Shown in pieces: positions 1 to 9,281 of a stretch of DNA of 64,000 nt (the stretch's first letter is position 1; each line of letters starts with the position of its first letter). A model generated the notes under the pieces. That model was not told the origin of the DNA. It ran no database searches and saw only the letters and a list, made by a program, of their open reading frames with translations. The position numbers and the translations under genes were made by a program. This DNA is from an uncultured Bacilli bacterium (lineage in GTDB: Bacteria > Bacillota_I > Bacilli_A > RF39 > UBA660): contig CANRDL010000002.1 of NCBI GenBank assembly GCA_947629405.1, forward strand, positions 23,417 to 87,416, given 5' to 3'.

Positions 1-2
1 AA

Positions 3-227
3 GATATCAACAATGCCTTAAAAAATAGTGTAAGTGAAACTTTAGAATATACGGAAGATCCTATTGTTTCTACTGATGTCCTTGGTAAAAGTTGTGGATC
101 TTTAGTGGATAGTTTATTAACTAAAGTAATTGATGGTGAGGAACAATTTATAAAAATTGTTGCTTGGTATGACAATGAATTTAGTTACACTTATCAACTT
201 ATAAGAACTTTAAAAAAATTGGGGTAA
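3..227 (+). CDS. gap: glyceraldehyde-3-phosphate dehydrogenase, C-terminal fragment (5' end outside window)
   Basis: Frame 3 reads ...EDPIVSTDVLG...KIVAWYDNEFSYTYQLIRTLKKLG stop at 225-227. WYDNE is the GAPDH C-terminal signature. Followed by pgk-tpiA. Confidence 0.85.
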   Translation, partial: DINNALKNSVSETLEYTEDPIVSTDVLGKSCGSLVDSLLTKVIDGEEQFIKIVAWYDNEFSYTYQLIRTLKKLG

Positions 228-229
228 CT

Positions 230-1393
230 ATGAATATTCAAGATTTAAATTTAAAAGATAAAACAGTTCTGGTGAGGGTTGATTATAATGTTCCCCTTCT
301 TAATAATAAGGTTATTGATGATACTAAAATAGTTGCTTCTCTAAAAACGATAAATTATTTAAAAAAAAATAATTGTAAAATAATTTTGATGTCTCATATG
401 GGAAAAATAAAAAGTAAAGATGATTTTTCCAAAAATTCTTTAAAAGTTGTGGTACCTATTTTAAGTAAACTTCTCAATCAAGAAATTTATTTTGAAGTTC
501 AAAAAGAAGAAATAACAAATAAAGCTAAATCATTAAAATCAAAAGAAATAATGTTACTAGAAAATACGAGATTTAATGATGTTTCTAATAATTTAGAAAG
601 TGGGTGTAGTGAAGAACTTTCCAAATTTTATGCATCTTTATGCGATGTATTTATAAATGATGCTTTTGCTTCATCGCATAGAAAACATGCTTCTACTTAT
701 GGAGTAACTAAATATGTTCAGTCAGGAATTGGTTTTTTAATTCAGGATGAAATAAAAGAATTAAATGTAATTTTGAAAAAGCCCAAAAAACCTTTTACCA
801 TCATAATGGGTGGTAAGAAAGTTGATGACAAAATACCTGTAATAAAAAATTTAATTGAAAAATGTGACTATTTATTATTATCTGGTGGCATCGCCAATTC
901 TTTTTTGGCCGCTTTAAATTATAAAGTAGGACTTTCTATAATTAATGAAAGTTATTTAGATGAAATTAAGGAAATTTATAAAAAATATGAAAGTAAAATA
1001 TTATTACCAGTTGATGTTGTTGTAGGTAATGATGGTGATAAAGAATATGCAAAACAAAAAGAAACATCAGAAGTTTTAAATGATGAAATAATTTTGGATA
1101 TAGGTTCTAAAACAATCATCAAATATCAAGATGTTATAATTAATTCCCAAACTATTTTTATAAATGGAACAATGGGAAAATACGAAGATTATAAATTTAG
1201 TAAAGGAACTAAAGAAATATTTGCTTTATTAAAAGAATCTCCCGCGCATGTTATTGTGGGTGGTGGAGATAGTGTTGGAGCAGTTAAAAAATTAGGCTTT
1301 GAAAATGATGTTGACTTTTTATCAACAGGTGGCGGAGCAACATTAGAATATCTTGCCAAAGGCTATTTAAAGGCTCTTAGAAAAGAGGATTAA
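230..1393 (+). CDS. pgk: phosphoglycerate kinase
   Basis: 387 aa. N-terminal VLVRVDYNVPL motif, GGGDS and STGGGA motifs near the C-terminus. Sits in gap-pgk-tpiA order. Confidence 0.95.
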   Translation: MNIQDLNLKDKTVLVRVDYNVPLLNNKVIDDTKIVASLKTINYLKKNNCKIILMSHMGKIKSKDDFSKNSLKVVVPILSKLLNQEIYFEVQKEEITNKAKSLKSKEIMLLENTRFNDVSNNLESGCSEELSKFYASLCDVFINDAFASSHRKHASTYGVTKYVQSGIGFLIQDEIKELNVILKKPKKPFTIIMGGKKVDDKIPVIKNLIEKCDYLLLSGGIANSFLAALNYKVGLSIINESYLDEIKEIYKKYESKILLPVDVVVGNDGDKEYAKQKETSEVLNDEIILDIGSKTIIKYQDVIINSQTIFINGTMGKYEDYKFSKGTKEIFALLKESPAHVIVGGGDSVGAVKKLGFENDVDFLSTGGGATLEYLAKGYLKALRKED

Positions 1394-1396
1394 AAT

Positions 1397-2116
1397 ATGA
1401 AAATAATTGTAGCAAATTTAAAAATGAATTTTAATTTAGAAGAAAACATTGTATACAAAAATACTATTGAAAAATTTATTCAGCCCAATGATAATGTAAT
1501 AGTTTGTCCATCTTTCCCCTTTTTAAGTTTTTATAATAATGGTAATTATAGTTTAGGAGCTCAAACAGTATCAGAATACGATAAAGGACCATTTACAGGT
1601 GAAGTAGGGGCTAGAGATTTAACTAGTTTGGATGTTGAATATTGTTTAGTTGGTCATTACGATCGTCGTAAAAATTTTTCGGAAGACGGAGCAACTATAG
1701 TAACTAAAATAAATAAACTTGTAGAAAATGGTATTACGGCTATACTTTGTATTGGAGAAACTAAAGAAGATAAATCATCTAAAAAGACATTAGCAGTTTT
1801 ACAAAAACAAATTATTGAAATTTTTAATAAAATTTCTCCGGAAAAATATAAAAAAATTATAATTGCCTATGAACCAATTTGGGCAATAGGGAGTGGTAAT
1901 ATTTGTGATACTAAAAAATTAAATGAAGTTGTAACTTTTATTAAAAATTTTATGGTGAAATCTTATCGAACTAACATAACTGTATTATATGGTGGAAGTA
2001 TTACCGAATTTAATGTTGGTGATTTAAATGATATACCAAATTTAGATGGTTATTTAATATCATCTTCTATCATTAATCCTAAATCATTTGAGTCAATTAT
2101 TTCTAATTGTCGATGA
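1397..2116 (+). CDS. tpiA: triosephosphate isomerase (variant GHYDRR around the catalytic His)
   Basis: IVANLKMN (catalytic Lys), AYEPIWAIGSG (catalytic Glu) and YGGS are present. Canonical GHSERR reads GHYDRR. Confidence 0.9.
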   Translation: MKIIVANLKMNFNLEENIVYKNTIEKFIQPNDNVIVCPSFPFLSFYNNGNYSLGAQTVSEYDKGPFTGEVGARDLTSLDVEYCLVGHYDRRKNFSEDGATIVTKINKLVENGITAILCIGETKEDKSSKKTLAVLQKQIIEIFNKISPEKYKKIIIAYEPIWAIGSGNICDTKKLNEVVTFIKNFMVKSYRTNITVLYGGSITEFNVGDLNDIPNLDGYLISSSIINPKSFESIISNCR

Positions 2117-2126
2117 AATTTTACAA

Positions 2127-2163
2127 TTCGACATTAAATAGTGTAAAGTATTCTATTTCGACA
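2127..2163. promoter_or_regulatory. two Spo0A-box matches upstream of spo0A
   Basis: TTCGACA (reverse complement of the 0A box TGTCGAA) at 2127-2133 and 2157-2163, 30 bp apart. One-mismatch TGTCGAT at 2108-2114. Confidence 0.5.
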
Positions 2164-2234
2164 AAATATTTTCTAGTATTTTGTCTTTTTTATGTTTATA
2201 ATTTAATTGCGTGCTGTAAAAAAAGGAGAGAAAA

Positions 2235-3005
2235 ATGAATAAAAACGCAAGAGTTCTTTTAGTGGATGATAATAATAATTTTTTAAACTCTGCTAAAGAA
2301 TATTTTAAAAACCACGCAGTAATTAATATTGTAAAAACAATTGATAATGGAAAGGAAGCTTTAGAAGAAATAGTTAATAATCATTTAAATTATGATGTTG
2401 TCATTATGGATTTAGTTATGCCAAATATTGATGGTATTTCTATAATTGAAGATATTAATAATTTAAATCTTAATTTAAAAATTATTGCATTATCTAGTTA
2501 TAATTCTAGTACTATTGATAATATTTTAGCTAAGAATAATGTTGATTATTGTTTACTTAAACCAATAGAATTTCAAACTCTTGAAAAAAGATTATTAGAT
2601 GTAATAAATAATAATGAAGAATCAATAACTATTTCTGATTTAAATATGTATGTTACAAATATTTTGCATTCTTTAGGTGTGCCATCTCATATTAAAGGAT
2701 ATCATTATATTAGAGAAAGTATTTTAAAAATGTATGAAGATCCTGATTTAATTGGTGCTATTACTAAAGAGTTATATCCAAGTATAGCTGCAAAATATGA
2801 CACAACTCCTTCTCGTGTTGAAAGAGCTATTAGACATGCAATTGAAATAAGTTGGAATAGAGGAGACTATGATTTAATGGATGAAATATTTGGTCATAGT
2901 GTCGATTTTGATAAATCTAAACCTACTAATTCTGAATTTATTGCGACAATTGCTGATAAACTTAGAATTGAAAAAAGAAAAAATAGAGTCTTAAGATTTT
3001 CCTAA
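2235..3005 (+). CDS. spo0A: sporulation master response regulator Spo0A
   Basis: Receiver domain (VLLVDDN...MDLVMPNIDG) plus the Spo0A-specific C-terminal DNA-binding signature TPSRVERAIRHAIEISW. RBS AAGGAGAG upstream. Confidence 0.95.
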   Translation: MNKNARVLLVDDNNNFLNSAKEYFKNHAVINIVKTIDNGKEALEEIVNNHLNYDVVIMDLVMPNIDGISIIEDINNLNLNLKIIALSSYNSSTIDNILAKNNVDYCLLKPIEFQTLEKRLLDVINNNEESITISDLNMYVTNILHSLGVPSHIKGYHYIRESILKMYEDPDLIGAITKELYPSIAAKYDTTPSRVERAIRHAIEISWNRGDYDLMDEIFGHSVDFDKSKPTNSEFIATIADKLRIEKRKNRVLRFS

Positions 3006-3082
3006 AATAAAAAAGGCTTTTTTTTTGGTGGAAATGATTTGCAATATATGTTATTATATTTATAATGAGAGGAGTATATGAA

Positions 3083-4177
3083 ATGAATATAAAAAGATTT
3101 CTAACTAAACAAATTCTTGTCATATCGCTTTCAATTTTTTGTTTACTAGCAGTTATAATCAGTACTTCATATGCTTCATTCACATCATCATCTGGTAATG
3201 CTGCAAGAACTGTTCAAGCAGGAGAGTTAACAGTAAATTTTACTGAAGGAGATACTATTAGTATTAATCCTGTTCCTCTTGCAAATAATTTGGGAGAAGA
3301 AACAGATGCTTATACATTTACAATTACTAATAATGGAACAATTCCATCTTATTTCCGAATAGATTTACATAGTACATTTGGATCAGATGCTTCTAATCTA
3401 CATTATTTAGAATATTCCCTTAAAAGTACTAATAATAAAGATATTAATGAAAATAAAATAATAGAACAATCTAACATAGATATTTATTCAGCTACTTTAA
3501 ACCCTAAAGATAGCATGACATTTGAGTTAAGAGTATGGATGAGAGCAAATACACCAAATGAACTTCAGGGAGAGAATGCTGACATTAAAATAAATATTAA
3601 TAGTCATGTTAAACAAGCTTATAGAGGACTAGATGAGGCTATAAAAGAAGATAGTTTAGTTAGAGAAACTTCTATTCCAGATAGCTCTACTCAAACATAT
3701 TTTGATGTTAATACAGAAGAATCTTATGGATACTACTATGATGTTGATAATTACTTATATGCAACATCTTACACTTTTGAAGAAACAAGTGGAACATTTA
3801 CTTTAAATGAGCCAGTACTTTACAAAGAGTCTCAAGATGATTTTGTTTTCTTTGGTACATATACATGTGGAAATGGTGATTATAATTGTTCTGATTTATA
3901 TTATATTGATTCTAATGGAGAGACTTCTTATTATCAGACTATTGAAATGACAGCATCTTATCAAGGATTATATAAAGATGGTGACACTTATAAGTTTATT
4001 GACTCTTCGAGAAATAATCTAACATATAATAGTATAAAATATCATATAGATTCAGTTGATGCCGATGGATATATAACTTTGAAAGAAAGTAATGCTCCTC
4101 AATCATTGAATTGGTTAGATTTAACAGTTTCAGGAATCGGAACTGAAGATGATCCATACGTTGTCTATAATGGTTAA
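3083..4177 (+). CDS. secreted protein with TasA/camelysin-type (SipW-class-like) signal region
   Basis: I moved the start to the ATG at 3083, behind RBS GAGGAG. N-terminal TM, then TSYASFTSSSGNAARTVQAGELTVNF resembling the AYFTD...F.AGTL pattern of TasA/CalY-type proteins. C-terminus is GIGTEDDPYVVYNG. Confidence 0.4.
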   Translation: MNIKRFLTKQILVISLSIFCLLAVIISTSYASFTSSSGNAARTVQAGELTVNFTEGDTISINPVPLANNLGEETDAYTFTITNNGTIPSYFRIDLHSTFGSDASNLHYLEYSLKSTNNKDINENKIIEQSNIDIYSATLNPKDSMTFELRVWMRANTPNELQGENADIKININSHVKQAYRGLDEAIKEDSLVRETSIPDSSTQTYFDVNTEESYGYYYDVDNYLYATSYTFEETSGTFTLNEPVLYKESQDDFVFFGTYTCGNGDYNCSDLYYIDSNGETSYYQTIEMTASYQGLYKDGDTYKFIDSSRNNLTYNSIKYHIDSVDADGYITLKESNAPQSLNWLDLTVSGIGTEDDPYVVYNG

Positions 4178-4203
4178 AAGAAGATTGTTATCTTCTTTTT
4201 ATT
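4177..4203 (+). terminator. rho-independent terminator
   Basis: aaagaagat-tgtt-atcttcttt perfect 9-bp stem followed by a T-run. Confidence 0.7.
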
Positions 4204-4230
4204 ATGCTAAAATTTAATTGAGGCAAAATT

Positions 4231-5418
4231 ATGAAAAAAATAACTATTTTATCTTTACATTTGGGTTATGGTGGAGTAGAAAAAGCTATTACTACGCTTG
4301 CTAATATGCTTTGTCAAACTTATGATGTAGAGATTATATCTGTGTATAAATTATATGAAAAACCAGCTTTTGAAGTTGATAAAAAAGTAAAACTTACTTA
4401 TTTAATAAATAGTGATTTACCTTTAAAAGTTGAAAAATATAAATTATTGTTACTAAGATTACACTTTTTAAAATTAATAAAAAGTATATTTAAAGATTAC
4501 TTTATTAAATTACATTTTATAGAATTTTTTAAAGATGCTTTTAATGGAATATTTATGTATAAAAAAAGAGCGAAAGTAATGAAGAAAAAAATTAAAACAA
4601 TTAATTCTGATTTTATTATTTCGACAAAAACATACTTTAATGATTGGGCCAGTAAATATGGTAACAATAATATGATAAAAATTGGTTGGGAACATAACCA
4701 TCACCATGGTAATATGAAATATGCTAGTAAAGTTATCGATAGTGCTAAAGATTTAGATTATTTAGTTCTAGTATCAAAAGATTTACAAAAATATTATAGT
4801 GATAAACTAAAAAAAGAAAAATGCAAATGTCTTTATATTCCAAATACTTTAGATAATTATCCTAAGAAGAAAAGTTTATTAAATAAAAAGAATTTAATTA
4901 ATGTTGGGCGTTTATCAGTTGAAAAAGGACAATTAGATTTACTTAAAATTTTTAATAATATAAAAGATAAATGTGATTGGAATTTAAACATAGTTGGCAA
5001 TGGTGATGAACGAAAAAAATTAGAACAATATATCAATGAAAATAACTTACAAAAAAGAGTTATTCTTCACGGCTTTAAAAAGAGTGATGAAATTGAAGAA
5101 TTATTACAAAATTCAAGTATCTTTGTAATGACAAGTTTTACTGAATCTTTTGGAATAGTACTACTAGAAGCGATGAGTAATGGTCTTCCTTGTGTGGCTT
5201 TTTCATCTGCCGAAGGAGCGAAAGAAATAATTTCTTCTAATGTTGATGGATATTTAATAAATAATAGAAATTTTTCCAAAATGGAAAAAACTATATTAGA
5301 TTTAATAAATGATTATGAAAAAAGAAAAGAAATGGGTAAAAAAGGACAAGAAAAAGCTAAGCTTTATTTAAAGGATGAAGTTATCAAAAAATGGCAAGCA
5401 ATATTTGCAAAAAAATGA
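4231..5418 (+). CDS. GT4-family glycosyltransferase
   Basis: GRLSVEKG and ESFGIVLLEAMSNGLPCVAF (EX7E-type motif), typical of the GT-B/GT4 family. Confidence 0.8.
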   Translation: MKKITILSLHLGYGGVEKAITTLANMLCQTYDVEIISVYKLYEKPAFEVDKKVKLTYLINSDLPLKVEKYKLLLLRLHFLKLIKSIFKDYFIKLHFIEFFKDAFNGIFMYKKRAKVMKKKIKTINSDFIISTKTYFNDWASKYGNNNMIKIGWEHNHHHGNMKYASKVIDSAKDLDYLVLVSKDLQKYYSDKLKKEKCKCLYIPNTLDNYPKKKSLLNKKNLINVGRLSVEKGQLDLLKIFNNIKDKCDWNLNIVGNGDERKKLEQYINENNLQKRVILHGFKKSDEIEELLQNSSIFVMTSFTESFGIVLLEAMSNGLPCVAFSSAEGAKEIISSNVDGYLINNRNFSKMEKTILDLINDYEKRKEMGKKGQEKAKLYLKDEVIKKWQAIFAKK

Positions 5419-5936
5419 AAATAGAAAAAGTAATAACCGGTTATTTAGAAGAAAATTGTTACATAATAAGTTATGGAAACAATGTTTTGGTTATTGATCC
5501 AGGTGATGATTATACTAAAATTATGGAAAAAATTAATAATCGAAAGGTTTTAGCCATTTTAATTACTCATTCGCATTTTGATCACATTGGGGCTTTATCG
5601 GACTTACAAAAAAAATATAATTGTTTAGTTGTTGACGGCACAACTAATAAAAATAAGCTTAAAATAGCCGATTTTGAATTTACAATTATTAAAAATCCTG
5701 GTCACTCTAAAGATTCAATTAGTTTTTATTTTGAAAAAGAAAATGTCATGTTTGTTGGTGACTTTATTTTTAAAAATAGTATTGGCAGATGTGATTTAGA
5801 AGGTGGAAACTTAATTGACATGAAAAAAAGTCTAAATAACTTAAAAAAATTTAATAAAAATATAATCTTATATCCTGGTCATGGGGATATGACGAGTTTA
5901 GATTATGAAAAAAAATATAATGTTTATTTACAGTAA
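5415..5936 (+). CDS. MBL-fold metallo-hydrolase
   Basis: ITHSHFDHIGAL (HxHxDH) and a later GH..D motif. Start placed at the ATG at 5415, overlapping the upstream stop (ATGA). Confidence 0.8.
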   Translation: MKIEKVITGYLEENCYIISYGNNVLVIDPGDDYTKIMEKINNRKVLAILITHSHFDHIGALSDLQKKYNCLVVDGTTNKNKLKIADFEFTIIKNPGHSKDSISFYFEKENVMFVGDFIFKNSIGRCDLEGGNLIDMKKSLNNLKKFNKNIILYPGHGDMTSLDYEKKYNVYLQ

Positions 5937-6003
5937 ACCTTTTTTCATAATTGCATATCAGATTAATTACGTGATATAATTAATAATAATTATAGAAAAA
6001 GAA

Positions 6004-8028
6004 GTGATATATTTGAAAGTTAAAATATTTGCATTTTTTAATAATTTAAAAGAAGTAATATTAGAATATATTGCCACAAACAAATTATTTATAATGTTTG
6101 TTCTTTTAGCATTGCTTAATAATATGTTTTTACGAAATTATACAATAAATAATATTTTTGCCGTTAAACCATTTATAACAGATTTAGCGTGTATTTTACT
6201 TATTGGCGCTTTTTCTTATTTACTAAAAGTTAAAAACCAGTACAAGTATTTTCGGGTTTGGCTTTGGATCTTAGCGATACTGGCTATTATTAATTCTTTG
6301 TATTATGCTTTTTATCAAAACTTTGTAACTGTTGGTTTAATTTCTACAATTGGGCAACTGGAAACAGTTGGTGATTCTGTTGTTGATAAATTAGAATTAG
6401 CGCAACTAATATATATTATTTTCCCAATAATGTTTCAAATTTTTAGTCGCAAAAAAATTAATAGCAATTATTTAAATTTTGTGGCTAAAACCGAAAAAAG
6501 TAAAAAAGTATTTGTTGCAACAATTCTTGCCTCTTCTATATTTTTTGCTATAACTTTAATTACCATGACATCGGCCGATTATTCAAGAATCACTAAACAA
6601 TGGAATAGACAGTATATTGTTGAAAGATTTGGTTTGATAGTATATCATGCTAATGATTTAGTTCAATCGCTTACTCCAAAATTTTCTTCTCTTTTTGGTT
6701 ATGAAGAAGCAGCTCAAGAATTTATAGATTTTTATGATAATGAAAAAACAAATAATGAGACGAATGAATATACTAATAAATTAGAAGGCTATAATGTAAT
6801 ATTTATTCATATGGAAAGTATGCAATCTTTCTTAATGGATTTATCATTTAATGGTCAAGAAGTAGTACCTAATATTAAAAATTTAACAAATGAAAGTATG
6901 TATTTTAATAATTTTTATTCGCAAGTATCAACTGGTACATCCAGTGATACAGAATTTACTTTAAATAACTCATTAATGCCTGTTCAATCAGGAACCGTAT
7001 TTGTAAGTTATTACAATCGAAAATATGTTGCGATTCCATCTATATTATCTGAAAAAGGATATTATACATTTAGTACTCATGCCAATGATAAAAGTATGTG
7101 GAATAGAGAGAAAATGCATCCATCATTAGGTTATCAAGATATGTTCTTTAAAGAGTCCTATAAAATAGATGAAGAAGTTGGTTTAGGTCTTTCTGATAAA
7201 TCTTTCTTTAGACAATTAATACCTAAACTAGAAAAAATTGAAGATAGTCACGATAATTATATGGGTACAGTTATTACCCTTTCTAATCATTCGCCATTTG
7301 GATATAATGACTTATTTGCAGGATTAGATTTAAGTGTTAAAAAGACAGAAACAAAAGAAGATGGCTCAACTGAAGAAGTAGTAGATGAATACTTAAATGA
7401 TAGAAAAATGGGCGATTATATTAAAAGTGCCCATTATGCCGATGAGGCTTTAGGGGAATTTATTCAAGCAATTAAAAATAGCGATCACTTTAATAAAACA
7501 TTATTTGTTTTCTATGGAGATCATGATGCCAAACTTTCAAAAAGTGAATTTGAATATTTATATAATTATGATCCTAATACTTCAACTATGAAAGAAGAAG
7601 GCGATGAAGGATATGTTGATTATGATTATTATAAAAATGAACTTAATCGTAAAGTACCTTTGATATTATGGACTAAAAATAATGTCATAAAAGGAACATA
7701 TGATTATCCAATGGGAATGATTGATATATTACCTACTGTAGGAAATATGATGAATTTTTCTTCACCTTATCAGCTAGGGAATGATATATTTAATATTAAA
7801 GATGAAAATACTGTCATCTTCCCAAATGCTAACTTTTTAACTAAAAAAGTTTATTATAATGATTCAAAAGAAGAATATATTTCTTTAAATGAAGAACCAA
7901 TAAGTAAAGATTATATTGATGAAAAAAAAGAATATACTTCTAAGAGATTAGATATTTCAAACAACATAATTGTATACGATTTAATAAAAAAAGATGGGAA
8001 TAATATTACTAAGAAAGAGAGCAATTAA
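6004..8028 (+). CDS. LtaS-family lipoteichoic acid synthase / sulfatase-domain membrane protein
   Basis: N-terminal polytopic region plus an extracellular sulfatase-like domain with NVIFIHMESMQSF and TGTSSDTEFTLNNSLMP. Confidence 0.8.
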   Translation: MIYLKVKIFAFFNNLKEVILEYIATNKLFIMFVLLALLNNMFLRNYTINNIFAVKPFITDLACILLIGAFSYLLKVKNQYKYFRVWLWILAILAIINSLYYAFYQNFVTVGLISTIGQLETVGDSVVDKLELAQLIYIIFPIMFQIFSRKKINSNYLNFVAKTEKSKKVFVATILASSIFFAITLITMTSADYSRITKQWNRQYIVERFGLIVYHANDLVQSLTPKFSSLFGYEEAAQEFIDFYDNEKTNNETNEYTNKLEGYNVIFIHMESMQSFLMDLSFNGQEVVPNIKNLTNESMYFNNFYSQVSTGTSSDTEFTLNNSLMPVQSGTVFVSYYNRKYVAIPSILSEKGYYTFSTHANDKSMWNREKMHPSLGYQDMFFKESYKIDEEVGLGLSDKSFFRQLIPKLEKIEDSHDNYMGTVITLSNHSPFGYNDLFAGLDLSVKKTETKEDGSTEEVVDEYLNDRKMGDYIKSAHYADEALGEFIQAIKNSDHFNKTLFVFYGDHDAKLSKSEFEYLYNYDPNTSTMKEEGDEGYVDYDYYKNELNRKVPLILWTKNNVIKGTYDYPMGMIDILPTVGNMMNFSSPYQLGNDIFNIKDENTVIFPNANFLTKKVYYNDSKEEYISLNEEPISKDYIDEKKEYTSKRLDISNNIIVYDLIKKDGNNITKKESN

Positions 8029-8029
8029 C

Positions 8030-8686
8030 ATGAAAAGATGGATAGCAATAATTATAGTGGGAATATTATTAATTGGCTGTGGAACATTAGTATATTTTAA
8101 ATTATTTAACACTACAACTAATTCGAAAATAAAAGAAGAAAAACCTTTAGAAACTATTAAAGGATTTGATTATAAATTACAAAAAAGAGATAAGTCTCTA
8201 TATAAAAATGAATTTTTAAACTTAAAAACAATATTAGAATCAAAAGAAATAGATTATGAAAAATATGCTGAATCTATTTCTAAATTATTTATTATTGATT
8301 TATATACAATAGATAATAAAGTTAATAAATATGATGTTGGCGGAACGGAATTTGTCTATCCTGATGTTTTAGATAATTATAAATTAAATGTTGAAGATAC
8401 AATTTATAAATATATTGAAGATAATGTAAATGATGATAGAACTCAAAAACTTCCGATAGTAAAAAGCATTAATGTTACTAACTTTAAAAATACGACATAT
8501 AAACTAAATAATGAAGAAATTGATGCTTACGAAATATCTCTTAAATGGACTTATAAAGAAGATTTAAAATATGATAATAAGGGAACTTTAATTTTAATAA
8601 AGAAAGATAAATATTTATATATTGTAGAAAAAAATGATAACTATGAAGAGAAAACTCAAGATGAAAATGTATATGAAAAGGAATAA
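8030..8686 (+). CDS. putative lipoprotein
   Basis: MKRWIAIIIVGILLIGCG has a lipobox-like LIGC. The start sits just after the ltaS-family stop. Confidence 0.55.
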   Translation: MKRWIAIIIVGILLIGCGTLVYFKLFNTTTNSKIKEEKPLETIKGFDYKLQKRDKSLYKNEFLNLKTILESKEIDYEKYAESISKLFIIDLYTIDNKVNKYDVGGTEFVYPDVLDNYKLNVEDTIYKYIEDNVNDDRTQKLPIVKSINVTNFKNTTYKLNNEEIDAYEISLKWTYKEDLKYDNKGTLILIKKDKYLYIVEKNDNYEEKTQDENVYEKE

Positions 8687-8710
8687 TTGGTTTTACCAAT
8701 TATTTTTTTT
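8684..8710 (+). terminator. rho-independent terminator
   Basis: taattggt-ttt-accaatta stem-loop followed by T8. Confidence 0.55.
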
Positions 8711-8791
8711 ATAATATAATCTCCTAAGACTCTAACACTCCAATTATTATAAATACATCATTAATAAATACATCTATACTGTGTCCAAGAT

Positions 8792-8885
8792 AATTGTTGG
8801 CTCAGTGAGCCAACAATTGGAAACATTTCATAAAATTGTTTCATTATGAGACCATGTTAATTGTGCAGACACTGTCTGCACAATT
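8792..8885. repeat. two related 27-bp palindromes, 67 bp apart, each followed by GGAAA-N-TTTCATAAAA
   Basis: aattgttggctca-g-tgagccaacaatt at 8792-8818 and aattgtgcagaca-c-tgtctgcacaatt at 8859-8885. They share CAATTG outer arms and a shared downstream ggaaa(c/g)(a/t)tttcataaaa. Confidence 0.75.
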
Positions 8886-9154
8886 GGAAAGTTTTCATAA
8901 AACTTCAACATATAATGTATATTTCTTTTTGTAAAACCTTTTCCAAAATCATTAGTTAATCTTTTAGATAATTCTTCAATAATATGTTTACCATATTCTG
9001 CTCTTTTTCCATTTAGCAAAAAATATACAGTTTTACCAACATGCCAGTATGAATCTAGTAGAGACTTATTAATAGTTTTTAACATTTTAATTTTATTGTT
9101 ATTTATAATATTTTTTAAATCATTATATTCTTTATTTAAATTAATTAAGAACAT
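8828..9154 (-). pseudogene. truncated YhcG/DUF1016-type (PDDEXK nuclease family) N-terminal remnant
   Basis: 108 aa only. LLDSYWHVGK...GKHIIEELSKRLTNDFGKGFTKRNIHYMLKFYENFPIVQTVSAQLTWSHN matches my recollection of the N-terminal domain of about 340-aa DUF1016 proteins. The nuclease domain is absent. A second degenerate FYEMFPIVGSLSQQLSW copy lies out of frame just downstream. Confidence 0.55.
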
Positions 9155-9220
9155 CTCCCTTCATTAATATGTACGACAATTTTCTATATTTTCCTTTTTA
9201 TTTTTAAAAAAATATTTTAT

Positions 9221-9249
9221 TTGTAATTATTTGAATATATTGATATAAT
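9221..9249 (+). promoter_or_regulatory. sigma-A-type promoter of the T4SS gene set
   Basis: TTGTAA (9221-9226), 17-nt spacer, TATAAT (9244-9249), with TG at 9241-9242 (extended -10). Confidence 0.5.
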
Positions 9250-9281
9250 TATCTTGGTATACTATAAGGAGTTGGTAATAC

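Noticed and set aside
2962-3183. Minus-strand 73-aa ORF spanning the spo0A end and the next gene start
   Set aside because: It overlaps two supported + strand genes and an intergenic promoter region, and is of low complexity.
4510-5279. Minus-strand ORFs 4510-4707 and 5067-5279
   Set aside because: They lie antisense inside the GT4 glycosyltransferase gene.
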